Position numbers and translations under genes: made by a program. Shown here one piece after another: positions 56,704 through 64,000 of a stretch of 64,000 nucleotides of DNA. Positions within the stretch are counted from its first letter, which is position 1. Each line of letters opens with the position of its first letter. The notes under the pieces were generated by a model. That model was given only the letters and a program-made list of their open reading frames with translations, did no database searches and was not told where the DNA came from. The DNA is taken from the NCBI GenBank assembly GCA_965209055.1, contig OZ242374.1, positions 5,568,001 through 5,632,000 of the forward strand, read 5' to 3'. The stretch comes from Acidobacteriota bacterium (GTDB taxonomy: Bacteria; Acidobacteriota; UBA6911; RPQK01; JAJDTT01).

Positions 56704-57525
56704 TCAAACGTCGATTTCCCCTTTCCACGCATCGCCCGGAAGGAGCCCGATCAGCCGTTCGGATACCATTCGCGCTGCTTCCACCGGCCGCCACTCGTAA
56801 CCTTTTGTAAGAAGAGCGCTCATGTCGGCGCCGAATTGAGGATCTCCGAGCTTTCCCGCGAGATTCCTCTCGAACATGGCGCGCGTCACCCGATGGCCAT
56901 CGCGGTCCATATACTCCCGGAAGGCGGACACGATCCGTCCGGGATCGCTCCGATCATCGCCGAGCCCCGTCGCCACGTCGAACAGGTCCCGGCCCTTCTT
57001 GCGCTGATAGAGCGCTCTCAACTTCGTCGCAAGCAGCTCATCGAGTTCGAATGTCGTGACATCCGCAGATTCGGAATACCACCTCGATTCCACCGAAAAC
57101 GGACGTCCGGTGAAGCCGAACGCCGCAAAGTGCTCTCGTGTATTGACCTCGACCTTGAGCCGCAGCCGTATCGGCGGAACACCCTCCGACATGAAACGGT
57201 AGCGGAACGTCAACCGGCCTTTCGACTGTTTCCATCGCGCTTGTCCAAGCCATGGATTGAGAACGCTTCGCAGGGCGTCCATCAGGGGTCCGGCAGGTCC
57301 GGGCGCAACCTGGACTAGATCGATGTCCTCTGAGTAGCGAGCCGGCGGAGTCAGGTAGAGCTTGTAGAGCGCCGTGCCGCCCCGGAAGGCCAGCGCTCCG
57401 GCGAGAACAGGATCGGAGAATATCCCGGCCAAGGCACGGCTGATGACAAGGTCCTGCTCGACCTGGAAATCCTCGATCCACGGCGCCCGCGCACGCCATT
57501 CTGTGATGTAGTCCCGAGGGATCAT
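56704..57525 (-). CDS. AbiEii/AbiGii-family nucleotidyltransferase toxin (type IV TA)
   Basis: MIP..YI..W, QVEQDLVISRAL, FRGGTALYK, RYSEDID, KLRALYQR.KGRDLFD; ATGA overlap with antitoxin. Confidence 0.9.
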   Translation of the reverse strand: MIPRDYITEWRARAPWIEDFQVEQDLVISRALAGIFSDPVLAGALAFRGGTALYKLYLTPPARYSEDIDLVQVAPGPAGPLMDALRSVLNPWLGQARWKQSKGRLTFRYRFMSEGVPPIRLRLKVEVNTREHFAAFGFTGRPFSVESRWYSESADVTTFELDELLATKLRALYQRKKGRDLFDVATGLGDDRSDPGRIVSAFREYMDRDGHRVTRAMFERNLAGKLGDPQFGADMSALLTKGYEWRPVEAARMVSERLIGLLPGDAWKGEIDV

Positions 57526-58322
57526 GCTTCCGACTCGATGGTCACGTTGACGTACAACCGCCAATCCTTCGACCGAGGCGCATTCTCCGCACTTGCGGCC
57601 GGCAGGAGTTTCGTGAAGTTTCGCGTCCGTTCTTGCACATGCTCCTTGAGAAGGGCGGCTTTGTCTCCGCACCCGACATGTACGAGCAGGTAGCCCAAAC
57701 GCTGCGCCCACGGGATCGGCGCATGCTTCGACGCGTCAACGAGACGCTGCGGGTCCATTCCCTCGGCGAGTTCGGAAAGAAGACCTGCTACACGGTCCAC
57801 TCCGCCCGCGTGACGCACGTATCCGACAAGATCCACGGCCGTTGCCTCCACCGTTGAGACCCGAACGGTTCCGCGCGGATTGTTGAATTTCTGGACCGGC
57901 ACGTCTCCCACGTTCCGGCGCGCGACGAATGATACCTTCACGGATCCGCACAAGATGGAAGGCCTGTTCCTGCCAAGGATGACCTGGAACGCTTGCGGCC
58001 GATGATGCGCGGCGCCGTGGTATTGTGCGGCCGACAGAAGCGCTGCGTAGTACGGGACGTTCCGGTACTCCATGAGGGCTGGGATGAACTGGTCCGCCGG
58101 CAGGCAACCGAGCCTTCTGTATTCGGGCGGCACGATGACATAGAACCCGCGCGAGGGGCTGGCGATCTCGCCCTTGGCCGCCAGACGGCTCAGTGCCTGC
58201 CTCGCCGCGGCGGCGGAAACGCCGAGCGCCGAACGAAGCTCGGCCGACGTGAAGTGATGCCGCCCGCGAGCGGATAGATCCATGATGACATGGCGAGCGC
58301 GTGGCTTGGCAGAATCATTCAT
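57522..58322 (-). CDS. AbiEi-family antitoxin (type IV TA), N-terminal wHTH
   Basis: FTS...L.RL..KG.I..P.RGFYVIVPPEY, YY..LLSAA..HGAAH.RPQ, QRLGYLL; GGAG RBS. Confidence 0.88.
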   Translation of the reverse strand: MNDSAKPRARHVIMDLSARGRHHFTSAELRSALGVSAAAARQALSRLAAKGEIASPSRGFYVIVPPEYRRLGCLPADQFIPALMEYRNVPYYAALLSAAQYHGAAHHRPQAFQVILGRNRPSILCGSVKVSFVARRNVGDVPVQKFNNPRGTVRVSTVEATAVDLVGYVRHAGGVDRVAGLLSELAEGMDPQRLVDASKHAPIPWAQRLGYLLVHVGCGDKAALLKEHVQERTRNFTKLLPAASAENAPRSKDWRLYVNVTIESEA

Positions 58323-58346
58323 TACTCCAGCAAAGTAGCATTTATC

Positions 58347-58372
58347 GTCACATTATGACAGTGATTTTGTCA
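58347..58372. promoter_or_regulatory. Overlapping inverted repeats, putative AbiEi operator
   Basis: GTCA-N5-TGAC (58347-58359) and TGACA-N7-TGTCA (58356-58372) in AT-rich DNA upstream of abiEi. Confidence 0.5.
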
Positions 58373-58445
58373 CAACGAGGTAGGTTCGCCCTATTCGATG
58401 CGCCTGTAGTCATTACCCGGCATCGGCGGACGCGGGGCCCCGCTC

Positions 58446-58474
58446 TTGACAACATCAGGCCGAATTCCTAAGAT
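58446..58474 (+). promoter_or_regulatory. Sigma70 promoter of tRNA-Gly
   Basis: TTGACA-N17-TAAGAT, 15 nt before the tRNA. Confidence 0.85.
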
Positions 58475-58489
58475 TCGTGGACGCTTGGT

Positions 58490-58564
<75 letters not shown>

Positions 58565-58590
58565 TTTTTCCCCAATAGATCCAAACCTAT

Positions 58591-61500
58591 TTGAAGAGCC
58601 GCTGCGTTCCGATACTCCTCGGCGGATGCCTCGTCCTGCTCCTGGCAGGCCGGTGGGTCCGGGGACAGGCGGAGAGCGCCACTCTGCTGGGAACGGTCCG
58701 GACGGAGGACGGCGCCCCTGCCGGAAACGTGGAGATTTCGATTCGGCGTCCGGCCACCAATGAGTCCTACTCCTTGTTGACCGGCCCCCGCGGCAACTAC
58801 CGCCGGGACAGCCTCGCCGCGGGGGACTACGAGATCCAGGTGGCCTCCCGCGGTTACGTCGGACAGCTTCGGACCGGAGTCCAACTCCTGGTGGGCCAAG
58901 CCCTCCGGGAGAACTTCGTCCTGATTCCGGGCGACGAGAACGAAGTTCGGGTTCAGGAGAGCGGGTGGATCCCCAGCAGCTCGGACCGGGACGACCGGGG
59001 CCTGGTCATCGACCGGGAGAAACTGGAGACACTCCCGGTGGCCTCCCGCGACATCGGCCAATTGGTGGACATGGCTCCGGGCGCAGCCCGCACCAGCAGC
59101 GGCCGGCGCCGGGGCGTGAAGGTCATGGGGATGAGGCGCAGGGACAACCTGCTCTACATCGACGGGACCCTCTTTACCCATGGCGACGGCGGAACCTCAC
59201 TCCAGGCCAGCACCGACGCGCTCCAGGAGTTCGACATCAAGAGCGGGCTCTACTCGGCCGAGTACGGGATTCGACCCGGGGCGCAGATCGTGGCGGTGAC
59301 CAAGAGCGGGACCAACGCCTACCACGGCAGCCTCTATTGGTTTCACCGAAACGACAACCTGGATGCCCGAAACTTCTTCGAGCAGGAAAAGAAGGAGTTC
59401 AAGCGGAATCAGATGGGCGCCACGCTGGGCGGCCCCATCCTGCTTCCCGGGCTGTTCAAGGGCACGGACCGCGCCTGGTTCTTCGTCTCCCACCAGCACC
59501 GGTCGATTCGCGAGACCAAGCCCCTTACCGGCGTCGTCCCCACGTCGGACGAGAGGAAGGGGATCTTTTCGACTCCGATTACGGACCCCTCGACGGGTGC
59601 GCCCTTTCCCAACAACCGCATCCCCGAGGACCGGTTCGACCCGGCGGCGCTGAAGCTGCTTCCCATCTGGCCGGGGCCCAACAACGCGGGTCCCCTGAAC
59701 TTCACCAGCCCCGACTCGGTTTCGCCCATCGACAACCCCCAAATCATCGCCCGCGTTGACCTGAAGACCTCGGACGTCAGCCGTTGGAGCGGCCGCTTCG
59801 TCTGGGACTCGCGGCCCAGTTTTATGGCTCGGCACGTCAGCATCTTCTCCTCCCGCAGTCCCCTGGCCACCTACGGACAGTCCATCTCCTACCGGCGGAA
59901 CCTGGGGTCCAGGGACGTGAACGTGGCGAGCATTCACCTGTTCCGGCGTCCTTACGAGGCGTCCCCCACCCATCCCCTCCCCGGCCTCGCCGGGAGCCTG
60001 GACTTTGGCCCTTTGTTCCAGGCCGAGGTGGACCGTCACGGAATTCCCAGGACCCAGCTCACGGGATTCGTCGGCATCGGAGACCTGACCCTCGCCGGCA
60101 AGACGGCCCTGGGCAACTGGCAGGTCAAGGATGACCTGGTGCTCCCGCGTGGCGACCACACCTTGAAGCTGGGTCTCGAGTACCGCCAACATTTCAACCA
60201 GTACGGCCAGCACCGGCGGACCGAGTTCGATTTCTACAACCGGTACACGGGGAACGCCTGGGGCGACTTCCTGCTGGGACATCTGGCCCAGAGCCAACTT
60301 GGCGGGGAATTCAATCGGGGGCGTTTCCACCAGAACAGCATCTATGCCTACATTTCCGACGAGTGGAGGGTCACACCGGGATTGGACCTGAACCTGGGCC
60401 TCCGGTACGAACTCCGGCTGCCCTGGGTCGACCTGCGGGGCTTCATGTCCAACTTCGACCCCGGCACGGGACGGCTCCACCCGCTGCTGCAGGACCTGGA
60501 TCTGGCGCCCGGGGAGACGGGCCGTTTCCAACCACGGACGCCCCTCATCCAGTGGGGCCGCCTGGCCGGAATCCAGCCCCGCCTGGGATTGGCGATACGT
60601 CTCGGCAGCCGCACGGTTCTTCACACCGGAGCCGGCCTCTATTCCAACGAACCCGACGTGGGAATGATCTCCAGACTTGGAAGGAACCCCAGGCCCGGCG
60701 CCCAGAGACTGATTTTCAAGTCCGATCTGGCGACGCCGACCCTGTCGCTCTCCGATCCCTTTCCACGAGGAGGCAGGGACGCGGCCGTGCCGGATCGCTA
60801 CGGCGTCGAGACTCCCCTGCCCCTGGCGACGACTCAGGCGTGGGGACTGAGCCTGCAGCACCGCCTCTCTCGGGAACTCCTCGTCAACGCCGGATACCAC
60901 GGTTCCCACACCGTCCACCGGCTGGAGACGATCTCCCTCAACGACGCCGAGCCGGGACCGGGCGACCGGCAACATCGCCGCCCCTATCCTCACTTGCAGA
61001 CCGTGCAGATGCCCCAGGCCGACGGCGGTGCGTGGTATCACGGATTGCAGGTGCAGTTGGAGAAGGCTCCAGGCAACCACGGCCTCTCCCTGCTGGCCTC
61101 GTTCAGTTGGTCGCGGCTGATCGAGATCGGCGCCAGCGACATGGGCTCGCATTTTTTCCCCCTCTTTCGGTCCCGGAACGTGCCCCTGGAGGCCACCCGG
61201 GGGCTGGCCGACTTCCACGTCCCCCGCAGGCTCCTGCTGAGCCTGGGCTACGACCTCCCCTTCGGGTCCGGTGGCGTGGGACCCGGCGCCCGGTGGATCG
61301 CCGGCCTGGTCCGCAACTGGTCGCTCCGGTTGATTTCCAGCGCTCAGGACGGTCCCTGGATCACGATCCATCTTCCGGGAGATCCGTTGGACGTGGGTTC
61401 GGTGGCCTCTCAATGGCCCGACCGGGTCCGCGACGCCAACTTTCCCCAGAGTCAGCGGGTCCCGACCCGGTGGTTTGACACCGAGGCCTTCCGCTTGCCC

Positions 61501-61767
61501 CCGGCATTCCAATATGGAAACGCGGGAAGGTCCACCGTGGAGGGTCCCGGGCTCATCAATCTGGACGTCTCGCTGAGGCGCACGTTCAGGTTCGAAGACG
61601 GGCGCCGTTTCGAGCTGCGGCTCGAAGCCTTCAACGCCGCCAACCGGGCCAATTTCTCCGTCAGGCGCGGCGACCCGGTAACGGAGTTTGGCACCGCCGG
61701 CTTCGGAAGCATCGGCCGCGCACTTCCGGGCCGCCAGATTCAACTGGGATTCAAGGCCTATTTTTGA
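58591..61767 (+). CDS. TonB-dependent receptor, Oar/acidobacterial type
   Basis: Signal peptide, N-terminal carboxypeptidase-regulatory-like domain, DALQEF, YSAEYG, TKSGTN.YHG, LDARNFF, LNLGLRYE, GNAGR, C-terminal RQIQLGFKAYF. Confidence 0.92.
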   Translation: MKSRCVPILLGGCLVLLLAGRWVRGQAESATLLGTVRTEDGAPAGNVEISIRRPATNESYSLLTGPRGNYRRDSLAAGDYEIQVASRGYVGQLRTGVQLLVGQALRENFVLIPGDENEVRVQESGWIPSSSDRDDRGLVIDREKLETLPVASRDIGQLVDMAPGAARTSSGRRRGVKVMGMRRRDNLLYIDGTLFTHGDGGTSLQASTDALQEFDIKSGLYSAEYGIRPGAQIVAVTKSGTNAYHGSLYWFHRNDNLDARNFFEQEKKEFKRNQMGATLGGPILLPGLFKGTDRAWFFVSHQHRSIRETKPLTGVVPTSDERKGIFSTPITDPSTGAPFPNNRIPEDRFDPAALKLLPIWPGPNNAGPLNFTSPDSVSPIDNPQIIARVDLKTSDVSRWSGRFVWDSRPSFMARHVSIFSSRSPLATYGQSISYRRNLGSRDVNVASIHLFRRPYEASPTHPLPGLAGSLDFGPLFQAEVDRHGIPRTQLTGFVGIGDLTLAGKTALGNWQVKDDLVLPRGDHTLKLGLEYRQHFNQYGQHRRTEFDFYNRYTGNAWGDFLLGHLAQSQLGGEFNRGRFHQNSIYAYISDEWRVTPGLDLNLGLRYELRLPWVDLRGFMSNFDPGTGRLHPLLQDLDLAPGETGRFQPRTPLIQWGRLAGIQPRLGLAIRLGSRTVLHTGAGLYSNEPDVGMISRLGRNPRPGAQRLIFKSDLATPTLSLSDPFPRGGRDAAVPDRYGVETPLPLATTQAWGLSLQHRLSRELLVNAGYHGSHTVHRLETISLNDAEPGPGDRQHRRPYPHLQTVQMPQADGGAWYHGLQVQLEKAPGNHGLSLLASFSWSRLIEIGASDMGSHFFPLFRSRNVPLEATRGLADFHVPRRLLLSLGYDLPFGSGGVGPGARWIAGLVRNWSLRLISSAQDGPWITIHLPGDPLDVGSVASQWPDRVRDANFPQSQRVPTRWFDTEAFRLPPAFQYGNAGRSTVEGPGLINLDVSLRRTFRFEDGRRFELRLEAFNAANRANFSVRRGDPVTEFGTAGFGSIGRALPGRQIQLGFKAYF

Positions 61768-61962
61768 TCGCTGAAAGCAATCGCAGTACGTTATTGGCAG
61801 ATGCGGATGGAAGTCGTGCTTTTCAGTTGCTTTGGGAGGCATTCCGCCGAACCGGCAAAGGCGAACCCGGCCTGTCAGAACCGGCGCCGGATGAGGGTTT
61901 TTCTTCGGCCGGACTGACCGGCCATTGAGTCTCACCCCGTCCACGGGCACAATGGAGCCACA

Positions 61963-63375
61963 TTGATCGATCTGGACCTGTTCGTCATCGGCACCGGACC
62001 CGCAGGTCAAAGGGCCGCCGTCCAGGCGGCCAAGTTGGGCAAGAGAGTCGGGATCTGCGACCGGCGCGAGGTGGTGGGCGGGGTCTGCGTGAACACGGGA
62101 ACCATCCCCTCCAAGACCTTCCGCGAGGCCCTCCTCTATCTGACCGGTTACCGGCAGCGGGCCATCTACGGAGATTCGTACCGGCTCAAAGAAGACCTGG
62201 ACATGCAGGATCTCCTCTTCCGTTGCCAGCACGTCGTCCAACAGCAGATTCACGTGATCCGGCAACAGATGCGCCGCAACGGGGTGATGCTCCTGTCGGG
62301 CACAGCGTCGTTCAAGAGCCCGTACGAGGTGGAAATTCGCGGGCACCGGAGAGTGACGCGGGTCCGATCGAAATACTTTGTCATCGCCACCGGCACGGAG
62401 CCGGCCCCTCCCCCGGACGTGGCGGTGGACGGAGCGACCGTGATCACTGCCGACGAGATCCTGAGCCTGAAGTCGCTGCCCCGGACCATGACGGTGGTGG
62501 GGGCGGGTGTGATCGGTCTGGAGTATGCCTCCATGTTCGGTGCGCTCGACACCGAGGTCACCATCATCGACAAGCAACGGCGGCCACTCGAGTTCGTCGA
62601 CTCGGAAATCATCGATTCCCTGCTGTATCAGATGCGCAACCGGAACTGCATCTTCCGGCTGGGCGAGGAATTGGAGTCGATCCACCTGGTGAACGGTGGC
62701 GCCGAGGCCCGGCTCAAATCCGGAAAGCGGATCCAGTCCGAGGTCCTGTTCTATTCCATCGGACGGGTCGGCGCCACGGCATCCCTGAATCTGAAGGCCG
62801 CCGGCCTGGAGAGCGACGGCCGGGGACGCATTCCGGTCGGGGTCACGTTCCAGACCCGGCAGCGCCACATCTACGCCGCGGGTGACGTCATCGGCTTTCC
62901 GGCCCTCGCCTCCACATCCATGGAGCAGGGACGCATGGCCGCCTGCCACGCGTTCGACGTGCCCTGCGAATCGATCCCGGAACTGTTTCCCTTCGGCATC
63001 TATTCCATTCCCGAGATGTCCATGGTCGGAAACACCGAGCAGGATCTGACCCGGAACAAGGTTCCCTACGAAGTGGGCACCGCCCGCTACCGGGAGATCG
63101 CGCGAGGCGTCATCCTGGGAGACGATTCGGGCCTGCTCAAGATTCTCTTTCACCGGGAAACGCGAAAAATCCTGGGCGTCCACATCATCGGAACCGCCGC
63201 CGCGGAACTGATCCATATCGGCCAAGCCGTGTTCGCCCTGGGAGGGACCATCGACTATTTCGTCGAAACGGTGTTCAACTATCCGACTTTTGCAGAGTGC
63301 TACAAGGTGGCGGGACTCGACGGCTTCAACAAGGTCGGTCCTCCGAAGACGGGGCCGTTTGGCCAGGCGCCGTGA
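61963..63375 (+). CDS. sthA: Soluble pyridine nucleotide transhydrogenase
   Basis: GTGPAG, GGVCVNTGTIPSK (single Cys), GAGVIG, GDVIGFPALASTSMEQGR, FNYPTFAECYK. Confidence 0.92.
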   Translation: MIDLDLFVIGTGPAGQRAAVQAAKLGKRVGICDRREVVGGVCVNTGTIPSKTFREALLYLTGYRQRAIYGDSYRLKEDLDMQDLLFRCQHVVQQQIHVIRQQMRRNGVMLLSGTASFKSPYEVEIRGHRRVTRVRSKYFVIATGTEPAPPPDVAVDGATVITADEILSLKSLPRTMTVVGAGVIGLEYASMFGALDTEVTIIDKQRRPLEFVDSEIIDSLLYQMRNRNCIFRLGEELESIHLVNGGAEARLKSGKRIQSEVLFYSIGRVGATASLNLKAAGLESDGRGRIPVGVTFQTRQRHIYAAGDVIGFPALASTSMEQGRMAACHAFDVPCESIPELFPFGIYSIPEMSMVGNTEQDLTRNKVPYEVGTARYREIARGVILGDDSGLLKILFHRETRKILGVHIIGTAAAELIHIGQAVFALGGTIDYFVETVFNYPTFAECYKVAGLDGFNKVGPPKTGPFGQAP

Positions 63376-64000
63376 TTCGTATTTTCCTGCTCCCGTTCCT
63401 CTTGCTGTTCCTTTCCGCCGCATGGTCGTGCGGAGAATTGCACCTGGAGGGACGCTCCGACGAGGAACTGGTCGCGCTGCTTTCCCATGAACTCTGGCGG
63501 ACCCGCGAGGAGGCCCGGCAGCAACTCGTCGCCCGGGGACCGGACGGGGTGGTCCGGCTTCTACTGGAGGAATGGGAAAACACGGGGGATCCCCGGGTTC
63601 GGGACCGGATCGCCTTCATCCTCCATCCCTGGGGCGCTTTCGCCGTCGGCGACCGCGCGGTCCCGGTTCTGGCGGCACTCGTCGCCTTCAACCGCCACTT
63701 GACGGAAGCGCTCCCGAAGATCCGCTCCGCACCGGAGTCCGACCTTCAGAAGATCTCCGAGGGAATCGTCCGCCGCTTCGGAACCCTGATGGAAGTCCTG
63801 AGATTGGAGATCGACGGGGAGCTCGTGCGATATCGGGACAATCTTGTCTCGTCGGTCATTCACCTCCGGCTGGTCCTGAAGCGGGGAGACCGGGCACGGG
63901 CCATCGGCGCCGTCGCCGAGATGAGCCGTAAGATCACCCATCGCATCGAGGCCCACGGCGACCTGGACCGGGACGGACTGCCCACCACCTGGGAGCTGGA
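63372..64000 (+). CDS. Partial (3'-truncated) exported protein/lipoprotein with HEAT-like segment and DxDxDG motif
   Basis: GTGA overlap with sthA stop; manual translation VIRIFLLPFLLLFLSAAWSC...WRTREEA...DLDRDGLPTTWEL stays open to the window end; absent from the ORF track because it has no stop. Confidence 0.7.
   Translation, partial: MIRIFLLPFLLLFLSAAWSCGELHLEGRSDEELVALLSHELWRTREEARQQLVARGPDGVVRLLLEEWENTGDPRVRDRIAFILHPWGAFAVGDRAVPVLAALVAFNRHLTEALPKIRSAPESDLQKISEGIVRRFGTLMEVLRLEIDGELVRYRDNLVSSVIHLRLVLKRGDRARAIGAVAEMSRKITHRIEAHGDLDRDGLPTTWEL

Noticed and set aside
59197-63423. 1408-aa minus-strand ORF spanning two genes
   Set aside because: Antisense shadow: the receptor and sthA share a frame, and high-GC codon usage avoids TTA/CTA/TCA, leaving the opposite frame open; no recognisable motifs.

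Overview
High-GC bacterial chromosomal segment, most consistent with Acidobacteriota (inferred from an Oar-type TonB-dependent receptor, a Tes-like radical SAM enzyme, a small Cys-rich protein, a mini-Fis and CIRCE-controlled groESL). Core genes: smc, purC, cvpA, groES/groEL, cysS, lat, msrB, sthA, nfuA, phhB, tRNA-Gly(GCC). Envelope/transport blocks: a GldA/GldF-GldG/DUF4340-type ABC system, a LolA-like + two-permease + ATPase + outer-membrane-protein export operon, and a partly decayed ApbE flavinylation locus. Mobile/accessory DNA: an intact IS1634-family element (12-bp IRs, 6-bp target duplication on the yraN stop codon), a Fic cassette bracketed by a duplicated gene 3' end, an orphan Phd antitoxin with a 5-codon toxin stub, an AbiEi/AbiEii pair and REP-like palindromes. 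Best candidates for under-described biology: (i) a tetraether-synthase-like radical SAM protein whose auxiliary-cluster Cys motif seems replaced by a His-rich stretch, flanked by phhB and nfuA; (ii) a circularly permuted SpoIVB/S55 protease paired with a secreted beta-propeller protein; (iii) a PhyH dioxygenase-hydrolase fusion. All assignments come from motif reading only; no database searches were run.
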